A stretch of 64,000 bases of DNA from Candidatus Cloacimonadales bacterium (GCA_963677495.2 CAXXOU010000004.1:1408001-1472000), one strand, 5' to 3'. Shown: positions 1-11,700, counted from the first letter of the stretch. A program made the numbers and translations. Notes: generated by a model from the sequence alone, not told the origin.

Positions 1-1
1 A

Positions 2-553
2 GTACCGGTTACCAATATCTATGCTAATGAGATATTGAAAGGTGACAAGCTTCCTATATGCCATGTTGCAGCAACTGCATGTTTCAGAAGAGAAGCCGGT
101 TCTTATGGTAAAGACACACGTGGTCTTCAGAGATTGCATCAGTTCAACAAAGTGGAGATGGTTCGCTTTGTACATCCTGACAACTCATATCAAGTTCTTG
201 ATGAGATGGTTGAGAATGCTGAGAGTATCTTAAAAGCCCTTGGACTTCACTATAGAAAACTTAGACTTGCAACAGGTGACCTTAGTTTCGCTTCTGCCAT
301 GACCTATGACTTAGAAGTTTGGGCTCCCGGAACTGGTAAATACCTTGAAGTTTCTTCAATCAGTAACTTCGTAGACTTCCAAGCTCGCAGAGCATCTATC
401 AGATTCAGAGACAACGATGGTAAAGTTAAATTCGTTCATACCCTTAACGGATCTGGTCTTGCAACTCCAAGACTCTTCATCGCTCTCTTAGAGACATACC
501 AACAAGAAGATGGAAGTTATAAGCTCCCTGATGTGTTGGATAAATATTTATAA
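2..553 (+). CDS. serS: Seryl-tRNA synthetase, C-terminal part (5' end outside window)
   Basis: Class II motifs [26 protein letters not shown] and HTLNGSGLA; the frame is open from position 2 ([10 protein letters not shown]...). Confidence 0.97.
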   Translation, partial: VPVTNIYANEILKGDKLPICHVAATACFRREAGSYGKDTRGLQRLHQFNKVEMVRFVHPDNSYQVLDEMVENAESILKALGLHYRKLRLATGDLSFASAMTYDLEVWAPGTGKYLEVSSISNFVDFQARRASIRFRDNDGKVKFVHTLNGSGLATPRLFIALLETYQQEDGSYKLPDVLDKYL

Positions 554-576
554 ACATTTCAGATAATATATTCACT

Positions 577-606
577 AAAAGCTACTCATTTTGAGTAGCT
601 TTTTTT
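577..606 (+). terminator. Rho-independent terminator of serS
   Basis: aaaagctactca/tgagtagctttt hairpin followed by a T-run. Confidence 0.85.
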
Positions 607-913
607 ATTTATCCATGGAGTCATTGCTAGGTTCATCTGATTAAGGAAGTTTGCCGACTATTTCAGCACAGCAACTCAGTGAGTTGCATTACATGTAGGG
701 AATGCAGCCTGCTTGCCCACAGCTCGATAGAGCTGTATTCCCCGCGACAAAACCTGATTATATTTTCTAAAGAACTTTAGTAATTTATACCAATTAACGT
801 CAGTGGCAGAGCTTAGCTTCGCTAAGCGGACAAGCTGGCAGCATGTCCTACGGTTCGACGTGCAACGTCGATGTACTTCTCTGCCACAATTCCAATGAGA
901 CACCTATTGAATG

Positions 914-974
914 CCCGTTAGCTTCCCGTTAGATTCCCGTTACAGCAAATGGGTTTTGGATTGGTTTCTGATGG
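914..974. repeat. 11-bp-phased direct/inverted short repeat element (core CCCGTT)
   Basis: cccgtt at 914, 925, 936, then degenerate reverse copies (aatggg, attgg, atgg). Confidence 0.55.
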
Positions 975-1269
975 CAAAGAGATACAAGTTAGATTTCTAC
1001 TAAGGCAGAGCAATTTATCGCTAAGTCCTCTTCTGTCCATCATGTCCACAAATCAGATAAAACCATACATATATCAGTCAATGATTGCAATATAATTACC
1101 CTCTCACTGCTCTATCATAATAAAGCATAGAAAACTGTCTGATTCTTGTAAGTCTCTTGGGGCTCCCTAGGGCAAAATCATTAGATACTGTCTTGAAAGG
1201 GAGTAGTATTTGATGGTATTATAATCCGAATTAAGATGGTCTGATGACAGGTTGATGTCTGATTCCCGA

Positions 1270-1340
1270 CCACGGGTTGACCACGGGTTAACCACGGCTC
1301 CCATGGTATGGGCGTGGTTTATCCGTGGTTATTGCGTGGT
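1270..1340. repeat. 11-bp-phased direct/inverted repeat element (core CCACG/CGTGG)
   Basis: ccacgg at 1270, 1281, 1292; central ccatgg at 1301; cgtggt at 1313, 1324, 1335. Confidence 0.8.
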
Positions 1341-1430
1341 AAGATATAGCAGAAGTGATAGAGAGATAGTAGAATTAATATCTTAATAAGTTGTATATGA
1401 ATAGATATTTGTTACTAAACGATTAGCTGT

Positions 1431-1469
1431 TTATTATAAAAAGGCACGATTCTCGTGCCTTTATAATAA
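1431..1469 (-). terminator. Terminator hairpin after the yebC-ruv-rsmB operon
   Basis: ttattataaaaaggcacga-ttc-tcgtgcctttataataa inverted repeat with A/T flanks. Confidence 0.75.
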
Positions 1470-1482
1470 CTTTAAGTAAACT

Positions 1483-2409
1483 TTATTTCTTCTTACGACT
1501 CTTTTCATATTCCTTCTGACGTTTTCGACGAATCTTCTTCATCTTACGCTTATACTTACGAGTCTCTTCATAATCATAACGATGAATCTTTTTGAGTACC
1601 GGAATCACACCATGGCGAGGGTTGATTTCGTAGAAACGTTCCTCTACGAGTCGGTTTTCTACATCATAAAGGTTCTCGTGGAGAGCTGTCATTCTGTTTA
1701 AGCCATCATATGATACAACTCTTGAGATTTTTCCTCTATTATTATAGTCATAATTTGTATAAGCAACTAAACTATCTTTATATGTAAGTTTTCTTTCCTC
1801 TTCGATGAGACCAAGTTCATTATAACTCTTTTCATAATGGAGAACAGGTTCACCGAATTTATTCAGTTCTACTTTCTTAACTTCTCTACCGAAATCATTA
1901 AGTTCAGCCCTTGTAGTATAAAGAGGATGTTCCCCAACTTCATCATAAAATGATTCGACAATAACCTTTTCCACAGTATCTTTCACAGCGGTCACACGCT
2001 CAATAATGTTAGTATAACCACCATATCTAGTATAGGAATATTCTCCCATTCTATCATTCCAAATCTCTACTTCACGACCTTCAAGATCATTAAACTTGTT
2101 ATACTTAACTCGTTCTATAGTTCTTGGGTCGAAGGTTCTTTTATAGATTGTTTTAGAATCTACTGCTGTGTTTGCAAGAAATGAATCAATATGATCAATC
2201 TCACCTTTACTATTGAAGTAGCAATAATCTCTAGTATCGAGATACTCAGTATCCTGTCCGAAATCTTGAGTTACAATATAGACTCTTCTCACCAATCTTC
2301 TGATGCCATTATAATGTAATCCATTAAATGATGTATCAATTCTACTGGCAAAAATAGAACCAATCATCAGTACTAGTAAAACAACAAATAGAACTTTTCG
2401 CATAATCAC
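1483..2409 (-). CDS. Secreted hypothetical protein with YD-like beta-hairpin repeats and a basic C-tail
   Basis: Signal peptide; recurring Y-N/D-x-x-G motifs (YNELG, YNNRG, YDGLN, YDVEN). Confidence 0.65.
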   Translation of the reverse strand: MIMRKVLFVVLLVLMIGSIFASRIDTSFNGLHYNGIRRLVRRVYIVTQDFGQDTEYLDTRDYCYFNSKGEIDHIDSFLANTAVDSKTIYKRTFDPRTIERVKYNKFNDLEGREVEIWNDRMGEYSYTRYGGYTNIIERVTAVKDTVEKVIVESFYDEVGEHPLYTTRAELNDFGREVKKVELNKFGEPVLHYEKSYNELGLIEEERKLTYKDSLVAYTNYDYNNRGKISRVVSYDGLNRMTALHENLYDVENRLVEERFYEINPRHGVIPVLKKIHRYDYEETRKYKRKMKKIRRKRQKEYEKSRKKK

Positions 2410-2412
2410 GCC

Positions 2413-3048
2413 CTAAAATCGTCTTTGCTTATCTGTCTTACGAAGTGAATCAATCAAAGTATCCATATCACCGACAGGTAATTCTGTTTTATCTTTATAA
2501 AGAAGTGAATCAATCACAACTTTACGTCCACGACTAATATTTAACTTCACTTCAGATTTAAGTTTCACCCTTGAACCTGATGGAGGAATTGTATTAATAA
2601 TATATCCTTGTGGAATCTGATCTGAAAAAGCTGAGTCTGCAATAGCATAAGTTAAGTTTAAATCTAACAGAGCATCCACAGACACAGGGATAGATTTATT
2701 TGTTAGATAAGGTACTTCAATAAGTCTAGGTCCCTTGCTAACAAAAACTTTCACAGATCCATCCTGTTTTATCTTATTATCGGATGTTGGTCTTTGCCTG
2801 ATTATATCACCTCTGTCGAAATCGTTACTATAATCATATGAAACGACATCAAGATGAATTCTGTTCTTTGAACAAATCTTTTGGGCTTTTTGCACATCAT
2901 AACCTACTAAAGAAGGTACTAATACCTCCTTTCCTTTCCCAACAGCTAATGGTAAAATCACTTTAGCAACTAAGAAAGCAGTAACTATAAGAATACCAAT
3001 CATCAAGCCCGTTGAAAGTAAAAATGCCTTTATTTTTGTAACGTTCAT
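2413..3048 (-). CDS. PASTA domain membrane protein
   Basis: N-terminal TM plus two PASTA repeats (VPSLVG...G.IIRQ.P; VPYL...G.IINTIP). Confidence 0.9.
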   Translation of the reverse strand: MNVTKIKAFLLSTGLMIGILIVTAFLVAKVILPLAVGKGKEVLVPSLVGYDVQKAQKICSKNRIHLDVVSYDYSNDFDRGDIIRQRPTSDNKIKQDGSVKVFVSKGPRLIEVPYLTNKSIPVSVDALLDLNLTYAIADSAFSDQIPQGYIINTIPPSGSRVKLKSEVKLNISRGRKVVIDSLLYKDKTELPVGDMDTLIDSLRKTDKQRRF

Positions 3049-3058
3049 TTAAACTCCG

Positions 3059-4381
3059 CTAGTTAGTCTTTTGCAGTTTTGCAGCGAATGCACCATCTAT
3101 ATTATGGATATGTGGTTTTGTCAAATAAAACTCTTCATCAGTGTATATAAATGGGACAAAATCACTCGCCGGTACTAGTTTAAAATTCTTATGAGTTTCT
3201 AGAAATCGCTTTATCTGCTTCTGATTTTCATCAGGATTTAGTGTGCAGGTTGAATAGATTAAATATCCACCTTTTCTGACAAATTGTGATCCATAATCTA
3301 GAGCCTTAGCCTGTAACTTTAGCATCTTCTTGATGTCCTGATGTTCTTGCCACCTTAACTCAGCTTTACGACCAAATACACCCCAACCGGAACATGGTAC
3401 ATCAAGTAAAACTTTATCATATGCAGGTGCTAATGGACCATATTTTAAAGCATCAGATACTACGGTTTTAATATTTGAAAGTTGAAGACGTTCTGCTGCT
3501 TGCTTTATCTTCTTTACTTTGGAGGGACTTTTATCAATCGCAATTACTTCACCAGTATTTCTGAGTTTTTCAGCAACAAACGTTGCTTTACCACCCGGTG
3601 CAGCAAACATATCCAAAATATTATCCTCAGGTTGTGGATCTACCAGAGCTACAACTCCTGCAGCTGCTGTATCTTGAATCGAGTAGTATCCCTCTGCAAA
3701 AGCTACATCTTGTAAGACTTCTCCTGCTGAATCGGTTACAAGTAGTTGTGGAACTAAATCACTAACTTTGAATTCTAGATTGTGTTTAGTTTTGAAATAG
3801 TTAATTAACTTGGGAATAGTTGTAGCTATTTCATTAACTCTTACATGAAGTTTTGGGATGTCATTGAAATATATAGCTAAGTATTCAGCTTCCTCCTCAC
3901 CCCAAAGCTCTACCCATTTCCTTACTATATCCTCAGGATAGGAGTGTTCAACCGATATACGTTTAATAGTATCGTTTGGGAACTTTATCCCTGGTGTTCT
4001 TAGATAGTTCCTTAAAACAGCATTAATGAAATCCCCTGTTCTTGGATTTAAACTCTTCTTTGCCAGCTCAACAGTTTCATTCACAGCTGCATACTCAGGA
4101 ACTGAATCCATGTATATTAACTGATATAGGCCAATATAAAGCCAAATCTTTATTTGTATATCTGTTTTGGGATATTTAGTTTTATCAGATAATGTTCCAG
4201 CAATATATTCTAAGTTGTTTCTCATTTTTATAACACCCTTGACAAGGGTGTAAAAGAGATTTGCATCACCATCTGCTTTTCGTATTTTATTTGAACTGGA
4301 ACGAAGTAATGAATCTGAAAACTCATTACTTTTAAGGACTTTTCGGATTACTTTATAAGCTTCTAATCTTTCGTTGATCAT
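3059..4381 (-). CDS. rsmB: 16S rRNA m5C967 methyltransferase RsmB/Sun
   Basis: NusB-like N-terminus; DMFAAPGGKAT, LLDVPCSG and YSTCT motifs. Confidence 0.93.
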   Translation of the reverse strand: MINERLEAYKVIRKVLKSNEFSDSLLRSSSNKIRKADGDANLFYTLVKGVIKMRNNLEYIAGTLSDKTKYPKTDIQIKIWLYIGLYQLIYMDSVPEYAAVNETVELAKKSLNPRTGDFINAVLRNYLRTPGIKFPNDTIKRISVEHSYPEDIVRKWVELWGEEEAEYLAIYFNDIPKLHVRVNEIATTIPKLINYFKTKHNLEFKVSDLVPQLLVTDSAGEVLQDVAFAEGYYSIQDTAAAGVVALVDPQPEDNILDMFAAPGGKATFVAEKLRNTGEVIAIDKSPSKVKKIKQAAERLQLSNIKTVVSDALKYGPLAPAYDKVLLDVPCSGWGVFGRKAELRWQEHQDIKKMLKLQAKALDYGSQFVRKGGYLIYSTCTLNPDENQKQIKRFLETHKNFKLVPASDFVPFIYTDEEFYLTKPHIHNIDGAFAAKLQKTN

Positions 4382-4382
4382 T

Positions 4383-4982
4383 CTAACCTTTTCTATAAAG
4401 TTGCTTGATAGCGTCTTTAATCAAAACCTGAACATCTTCATATTCTTTCTGTTCAGTAAGTGTTTTTAAAGCCTTTCTTGCTTCATGTTTCATATAACCA
4501 AGATTTAATAATGCAGTTTCAGCAGACAAGAAAACTTCGTTGTTGATTACATTTGCAGGTAACTGCTCAAGACCATGAATTGAATCGACTTTGTCTTTCA
4601 GCTCAACGATAAGCTTTGCAGCTGTTTTCTTACCTAAACCGGGTACTGTTGAGATGGTCTTTGTATCACCTTCTAGGATTGAACTAACTATTCTGGCTAC
4701 CGGCAAAGTTGATAGAACTGCTACAGCGAGCTTTGGTCCTACACCGGAAGTAGATAGTAATAACCTGAACATCCTTCTCTCATTCAAATCAGCAAAACCA
4801 AACAATCTTACTGAATCTTGAGATTGATGGTAGTGAATATGTAGTTTAAACTTATTCTTAATCTGTGGTAACTTTTCAAAAGTGCTTACAGGTATCAATA
4901 CAAAGAAACCAATTCCATTAACATCTAAAACTGCATACTCCGGATTCTTTTCTGCGAGTATTCCTCTTAAATATTCATACAT
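4383..4982 (-). CDS. ruvA: Holliday junction branch migration protein RuvA
   Basis: MYEYLRG..., SGVGPKLA, VPGLGKKTAAKLIVELKDK. Confidence 0.96.
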   Translation of the reverse strand: MYEYLRGILAEKNPEYAVLDVNGIGFFVLIPVSTFEKLPQIKNKFKLHIHYHQSQDSVRLFGFADLNERRMFRLLLSTSGVGPKLAVAVLSTLPVARIVSSILEGDTKTISTVPGLGKKTAAKLIVELKDKVDSIHGLEQLPANVINNEVFLSAETALLNLGYMKHEARKALKTLTEQKEYEDVQVLIKDAIKQLYRKG

Positions 4983-4984
4983 AT

Positions 4985-5464
4985 TTATAAATCAAACTTT
5001 ACTTTATTGTAGTGGCATAAGGCAACAGCTAGAGCATCAAATGCATCTTCTGAGTTTGGTATATTCTTAAGTTTTAGCATCTGTTCAACCATGTACCTAA
5101 CTTGGTTTTTTGAAGCATTTCCATTGCCTGTTACAGCTTTCTTTACTTCTCTGGGTGAGTATTCGTAAAACTTGGTCTCATTTTGAGCAATAGCCAGAAG
5201 TATAACACCTCTGGCATGACCCAATGTAAAAGCGGACTGAATGTTCTTACCGTAGAATATTGATTCTACAGCAATAACGTCAGGATTGTATTCGTTAATA
5301 ATCTCATTAATCTTTGTATATATATGATTGATTCTTATATGTAAAGAATCATTAGCTTTTGTTTTAACAACATCAGCACCGGCAGCAACTATTGTTCTTC
5401 GGTCAAGGTCCAATAGACCATAACCACATTTTATACTGCCGGGATCTATGCCTAATATTACCAC
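4985..5464 (-). CDS. ruvC: Holliday junction resolvase RuvC
   Basis: ILGIDPG, AVE, ARGV, VKKAVTG.G.A.K, DAFDALAVA. Confidence 0.96.
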   Translation of the reverse strand: MVILGIDPGSIKCGYGLLDLDRRTIVAAGADVVKTKANDSLHIRINHIYTKINEIINEYNPDVIAVESIFYGKNIQSAFTLGHARGVILLAIAQNETKFYEYSPREVKKAVTGNGNASKNQVRYMVEQMLKLKNIPNSEDAFDALAVALCHYNKVKFDL

Positions 5465-5469
5465 AGATC

Positions 5470-6216
5470 CTATTCAGCTAATCGCTGCATTACTTCGTCA
5501 GAAATCTCGTAGTTTGAATAAACTTTTTGAACATCATCACAATCTTCAAGCATATCAATGAGTTTCATAAGCTTCTCAGCCACTTCATCAGCATTAACAG
5601 TAGATTTTGGAATCTTGGTTAGTTCTGCATGTTCACAGTTATACCCAATCTCTTCTGCTGCAGATAAGCAACTATGGAAATCACTATGTTCAGTATAAAC
5701 AAGAAATGTATCATCTTCAATAACTACATCTGCAGCACCTGCTTCTAAAAGCTCCATCATAACTTCATCTTCATCCAAATCACCCTTGGCAATTGTGAAG
5801 AAACCTTTGTTTTCAAAGTTCCATGACACTGCACCATTTTCAGCTAATGAGCCACCATACTTAGAGAAAGTATGTCTAACTTCTGCAACTGTTCTATTCT
5901 TATTATCTGTAAGACAATCAACAATAATAGCAACACCATTCTGCCCATAACCTTCATAGGTTATATGGTCATAGCTTACGCCTTCAAGTTCACCGGTACC
6001 ACGTTTGATAGCTTTCTGGATATTATCTTTTGGCATGTTGTTCTGTTTAGCTAAAGCTACAGCTGTACGAAGAGCAGGATTAGTTTCAATATCTCCCCCA
6101 CCTGATTTAGCTGCTACAATAATCTCTTTGACGATTCTAGTGAAAAGTTTTCCACGCTTAGCATCTGCTGCGCCTTTTTTATGTTTGATTGAGCTCCACT
6201 TATTATGTCCTGACAT
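5470..6216 (-). CDS. yebC: YebC/PmpR family protein
   Basis: MSGHNKWSSIKHKK, YEGYG, LTDNKNRT, DDVQKVYSN. Confidence 0.96.
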   Translation of the reverse strand: MSGHNKWSSIKHKKGAADAKRGKLFTRIVKEIIVAAKSGGGDIETNPALRTAVALAKQNNMPKDNIQKAIKRGTGELEGVSYDHITYEGYGQNGVAIIVDCLTDNKNRTVAEVRHTFSKYGGSLAENGAVSWNFENKGFFTIAKGDLDEDEVMMELLEAGAADVVIEDDTFLVYTEHSDFHSCLSAAEEIGYNCEHAELTKIPKSTVNADEVAEKLMKLIDMLEDCDDVQKVYSNYEISDEVMQRLAE

Positions 6217-6248
6217 TCTATTACCTCGTTTGTATATTTATTAAAATC

Positions 6249-6268
6249 GGGAGGTATTTCTACCTCCC
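6249..6268 (-). terminator. Hairpin between the EF-G paralog and yebC
   Basis: gggaggta-tttc-tacctccc; weak U-tract on the minus strand. Confidence 0.45.
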
Positions 6269-6311
6269 TATATATTCTTTATAAGATCATAACTTGTAAA
6301 GTTATTTTTTA

Positions 6312-8366
6312 TTACTCATTATCTGCATTTGCTTCTGCGATAACTTTCTTGGCATTATCAGCAGGAACTTTCTCATAATGAGAGAATTCGTTTGTGAATC
6401 TTCCACGTCCCTGAGTCAGTGACTTAAGTGATGGGAAATATGAGAAGAGTTCACTTTGTGGTAGGTTAGCTTTAAGAATCTGCTTACGACCTTTCTGCTC
6501 CATACCCATGATTTTACCTCTTCTAGTAGAGATGTCACCCATAACATCACCCATGTATTCATTAGGGATGATGATGTCTGCAATCATGATAGGTTCAAGA
6601 AGAACTGGTTTTGCAGTTTCAAAAGCAAGTTTCAAACACTGTGATGAAGCGATTTTGAAAGCCATTTCTGAAGAGTCAACATCATGGTATGAACCGAAAT
6701 AAAGTTCTACAGAGATGTCAACAATCTCATAACCAGCTACAATACCTTTCTTCAATGATTCGTTAAGACCTTTTTCTACTGCTGGAATGTAGTTAGATGG
6801 AATTACACCACCAACGATTGAGTTGATGAATTCGAAACCTTCACCACGCTGTCTTGGTTTAACTTTGAAGTAAACTTCACCAAATTGTCCTTTACCACCT
6901 GACTGTTTTTTATGTCTGTATTTTACATCAGCACTTCCTGTAAGAGTCTCTTTATAAGCAACTCTTGGGTTTTGAAGAAGAGCTTCAACTTTATATCTTG
7001 CTTTAAGTTTCTTTTGAAGAAGAGCAATCTGCTGTGAACCCATACCTGAAACTATATTTTCATGTGTTTCCGGATTGATGTACTGTCTGATTGTTGGATC
7101 TTCATTACTAAGTTTGTTTAAAGCTTCACCAATCTTATCTTCGTCTGACTGATTAGCAGCTCTGATAGCCTGCCAATAAACAGGAGTAGGTAAAACAACT
7201 GCAGGGTAAGCTTTCTTTGAGTTTGAGTTAACCATTGAGCAAAGGTTCTTAGCTGTTTTAAGTTTAACAAGTCCACCAATCTCACCGGCTTTAAGTTCGT
7301 TAGTATCTTTTCTGTTCTTACCCATAATGTAGAACATGTTACCAACTTTATCTTTTCCATCTTTTTCAGGAACGAAAACGTCAAGGGCGTTTGTAAGTGA
7401 CCCTGAGTAAACTCTGATGTAAGCAATGTCACCCATTACAGGATCAGCGATTGATTTGAAGATATAACCAAGAAGCTCACCATCAGGAGAGATAATCATC
7501 TGTTTTTCTTCACCATCTTCAAGGATATCAATCTCTTTAACTTCAGCTGGTGAAGGAAGATAGTTTACACAACCTTCGATGAAAGCTCTGATTCCCTGGT
7601 CTGTAGTTGCTGAGCAAGCAAATGCAGGCATAAGATTGCCATCTACAACAGCTTTCTTGATTCCGGCAACCATATCAGCTTCTGATAGTTCCATCTCTTC
7701 AAGGAATTTATCAAGTAATGCTTCATCTGTTTCAGCAATACTTTCCATGAGTTCCATTCTCTTCTCTTCAACAAGATCAGCCATATCAGCAGGGATATCA
7801 GCAATCTCATTGTCGATGTATGCTTTCTGCTTCACAAGGTCAACAACACCACGGAAACTTCCTTCTGCACCGATAGGAATCATAACAGGAACAGCTTTGA
7901 TTTCCATGTTCTCATAAATGAGCTCTATAACTTTGTTGAAATCTGCATTTTCGTTATCCATTCTGTTAACGAGAAGAGCTTTACCAATCTTTTTTGTTTC
8001 AAGAAGTTCTAAAGCCTGTTCAAGACCAACTTCAAATCCACCGGTAGCATTAGCAACTACAACAGCTGTTTCAACAGCAACAGTAGCAGTTGTCTGGTCA
8101 CCAATCATATCTGGATTTCCGGGGGTATCCACTATGTTGATTCTCCAGTCCTTCCAGTCAACATAACCAAGACCGGTCATTAGTGACATCTTTCTCTCAA
8201 TCTCTTCCGGATCAAAGTCAAGTACTGTATTACCGTCTTCTATCTTACCAATTTTGGATGTCATCTTTGCATAGTTAAAAAGGTGTTCTGCTAAAGTAGT
8301 TTTACCGGCTCCACTTCCACCGAAGAAACCGATATTTCTTATCTTGTCTAAACTGTATTGTTTCAT
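6312..8366 (-). CDS. fusA: Elongation factor G paralog (EF-G2-like)
   Basis: GGSGAGKTT, DTPG, NRMD, KKQSGGKGQFG, GSYHDVDSSEMAF; start placed at ATG 8366 after a GGGGGA RBS. Confidence 0.88.
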   Translation of the reverse strand: MKQYSLDKIRNIGFFGGSGAGKTTLAEHLFNYAKMTSKIGKIEDGNTVLDFDPEEIERKMSLMTGLGYVDWKDWRINIVDTPGNPDMIGDQTTATVAVETAVVVANATGGFEVGLEQALELLETKKIGKALLVNRMDNENADFNKVIELIYENMEIKAVPVMIPIGAEGSFRGVVDLVKQKAYIDNEIADIPADMADLVEEKRMELMESIAETDEALLDKFLEEMELSEADMVAGIKKAVVDGNLMPAFACSATTDQGIRAFIEGCVNYLPSPAEVKEIDILEDGEEKQMIISPDGELLGYIFKSIADPVMGDIAYIRVYSGSLTNALDVFVPEKDGKDKVGNMFYIMGKNRKDTNELKAGEIGGLVKLKTAKNLCSMVNSNSKKAYPAVVLPTPVYWQAIRAANQSDEDKIGEALNKLSNEDPTIRQYINPETHENIVSGMGSQQIALLQKKLKARYKVEALLQNPRVAYKETLTGSADVKYRHKKQSGGKGQFGEVYFKVKPRQRGEGFEFINSIVGGVIPSNYIPAVEKGLNESLKKGIVAGYEIVDISVELYFGSYHDVDSSEMAFKIASSQCLKLAFETAKPVLLEPIMIADIIIPNEYMGDVMGDISTRRGKIMGMEQKGRKQILKANLPQSELFSYFPSLKSLTQGRGRFTNEFSHYEKVPADNAKKVIAEANADNE

Positions 8367-8557
8367 ATTTTCCCCCGTATAGGTATTTTTTAACAATTTG
8401 AAAACCATTTTTGGAAAGCCAATTTGCTTGTCAATAAAAGCTTATATATTAATATAGATTACTATATATATACAAACTTTTGGGATTTAATTGGCTACTT
8501 GTCAGGGAGTAGTTTGATGCAAAGACTTATATCTGTTTGTCATTTCGAAGGTATCTG

Positions 8558-8660
8558 TACCTTCGAAATGGTCTTGGACCTTTCGAATGGTGCAACTCGC
8601 AGTATTCCGCGTCACATTAAAAGAGTACTATTTTCAAGGTCTGCGACCATTGAAAAGGTA
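8558..8660. repeat. Inverted pair of the dispersed 'TACCTT...AATGGTC...GACCTT...AATGGT' module
   Basis: Copy at 8558-8593 and reverse copy at 8631-8660; further copies at 39001, 56345, 56393. Confidence 0.65.
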
Positions 8661-8734
8661 GAACAATAGCAATTAACAAAACTTCTATGACCGTTCCCAA
8701 CTATAGGCTATAGGCTTAAGGCTATTAGCTAAAA

Positions 8735-11700
8735 CTACTTCATCAACATCATCTTCTTAGTTACGTTATAACTATTTGATTTCAATCGATAGAAATACAC
8801 ACCTGTTGCACATTGTTTATTGTTCCTATCAAGTCCTTCCCAAACAACTGTGTTCTTGCCTTCACTGAACCCTTTATAACGCTTAACCATCTGACCTCGT
8901 ATGTTATAAATAGAAAGCTCAGCTACATCATCCTTAGCTACATCAAAGCTGATAGTTGTAGTTGGATTAAATGGGTTCGGATATGCGCTATATAACTTTG
9001 TTTGTAATTGAGGTTGTTGTACTTCAGGTTCATAAATCCCAACAGATTGTTCTAACGCTACAAGATATGGATAACCATTGTTTAAGCTAGTATCAATAGT
9101 CCAAATATCTTCTGAACCATTTGCTGTTTCCCCGAGGAAGTCCCAACCTATATTTAAATATGACTGTATATCCCTCATCTCAGATGAAATCAAACTAATA
9201 ATACTATTAGTTGTGTTATCAGTATTACCAATACTATTAGACAATTCAGTAAGTGTAATGTTCCAAATACAATTACTAGCAGAGCTATTAACACTTGTAC
9301 CAATAAATCCTCCAGTAGATGAATCGACAACATTATCCGGGAATCTAGTTACAGAATAGCAATCCTCAATGAAAGAGTTGCCTAACAATCCTACTAAACC
9401 ACCTACATTTGATGCAGATGATACATAATAACTTTCTATACAACCAAGACTTGAAGATGTATAACAGTTACTTATCACTGAATCATCATTAGCTTCACCA
9501 ACTAAACCACCAACCGATTCAGATGCTGAAACTATTGATAAGCTATATGATTCAGTTAATGAAGAATTACTCAAAAAACCTACTAGTCCACCACTTTGAA
9601 TTCTTGCTCCGCTTGAGCCAAGGAAGTATGAATCTGAAATCATTGAATCTTGAGCAAAACCAATGAGTCCTCCTGCTTTTAATCCATCGGATAAGCTGTA
9701 GAAATCATGATATCCCCAATATTCTGAATAACATGCACCGGAGTGACCATTCACATAGCAATTGCTAATTGCAGTGTCACAAGCAAAACCTACTAGTCCA
9801 CCTGCGTTATTCTTACTAAGTACATTTACATTGAATATTTCTACATCAGTGATTAAACAACTATTAGTAGCTATTCCACATAAACCTCCAACAGAATCGT
9901 CTCCTTCAACAGAAACATTATTTAAATCTATATTATCAAGTGTCGTATTCGAAATAGATCCACAAACAACTCCAGTATTGTCTTCTCCTTCAAGTTCACA
10001 GTTATCAAACTTAAGGTTTTCGATTGTGCAACCCTGTGCTTGAGCAAAGAATCCGCAGTTCTCATCCTTGATAAGTGAGTAGTTAGATATTGTATAATTG
10101 TTTCCGTTTATATTTGAAATCATTTTTGGGATATAAAAATTAGCCTGATCTTGCAAATCGATGTCTGAGTTTAGACTAAAGCAAAAACTGGAAATTGAAC
10201 CAAAATGTATCAGATACTTAATCTCATCAAAACTGTTTAATTGATATGCTGAATCATTATATGTTAAGTAATCATCAATATAAATTTCGTCTATTGACAT
10301 ATCATTTGCAATCCAATCATAGTATAAGTCACTTGGAAGAGCAAACTCAGAAACTCGATGCCCAGAATTTATTATCACAGTTTCATAATCATAATAACAA
10401 TTACTAGCACTGTTTAACTCAAAATCTCTACCAAAAAAGCTATGTGAAACTATACAGTTCAAAGGTCCTGTAAATGTACATCTTGAAAAGGTTGAGTTTG
10501 AAGCATGAGCTACTAATCCATATCCATTAATTTCTGATTCACTTGAACAATTAGAAAGTGTACTGGAAATACAAGCCCCAACAACTCCACCCATCAAAGC
10601 ATAACTGGGAATTGTCTCACCGAAGAAACTACAATCGATAACTTCACTATTTATTGATCTTCCAATCACTCCACCACCATAGTTCATTATTTGAACCCAT
10701 TGCTCAATATATCCCTCAGCTTCAACACTACATATTGATGTGCAATTACTAACAAGTGTAGAAGATGCTGTTCCGATTATTCCCCCTGTAGCCTCATATG
10801 GATTATCACTATCTACACGACCTGATGTATGACAATTGATAATCTCTGAGTTATCAGAATTAACAATTAATCCTGCATAATGTGCGAAAGTATTGCTAAC
10901 GTTAAGGTTGGATATTATCGCATCATGTACATAACCAAACATAGCTGAATCAAATACGAATAAACTATCAACTACAAATCCACCACCATCGTAGATTCCC
11001 ATAAAATGATTATCGTAATCTCCAATTGCCTGAAAACCCAAATCCCATTCATAATCACCCATAACATCTGTTTGAGACGCTGAGGCATCAATATCATTGG
11101 TTTGGAGAAAATATGTATCATTAAACCCATTATTGTTTTCACAACTAACACTTATCCATTTCAAATCAGAGTATGAACTGATTTGGTAAGGATCGGTTTC
11201 TGTACCCGAACCATTAATAATATGATTCACAGTAACATAGTCTTCTTTTATTAAAGAATCTGAACCAGTTTCGTTTGATATTGTCAAAGTAACATCATAC
11301 ACACCAAATTCGTCATATGTCCAAATTGGATTCTGCTCATAGCTATCAATTATCCCATCACTTTCAAAGTCCCACTCCCAACTTGTTGGATTACCATAGC
11401 TGGAGTCAGTAAATTGTAATGTTTCTTCAATATCAACCACATCATTGCTAACTGCAAAGTTTGAGACAAGTTGCTGATTGTAAACAAATGGAAACCCATC
11501 ATTGATGTTTTCTTGTATACCCCAAATTTCTTCAGAGCCATTCACAGATTCCCCAACAAAATCCCATCCGAGTGAAGTATAGGTAGATTCTTGTCTCATC
11601 TCGTTTTCAGTACAATTTATTATATTATCAATAGTACCATCAGTGTTTGTATAAACAGCATACAATTCTCCATTATACAAAGAGTCATTCCAAACACAAT

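Noticed and set aside
4383..6216. ruvB missing from the yebC-ruvC-ruvA cluster
   Set aside because: ruvB is often encoded elsewhere; loss cannot be judged from one window
8424..8669. Intergenic ORFs at 676, 8424, 21975, 22275, 56228-56547 and 58471-59052
   Set aside because: They overlap repeat mosaics or terminators and lack an RBS or protein-like features
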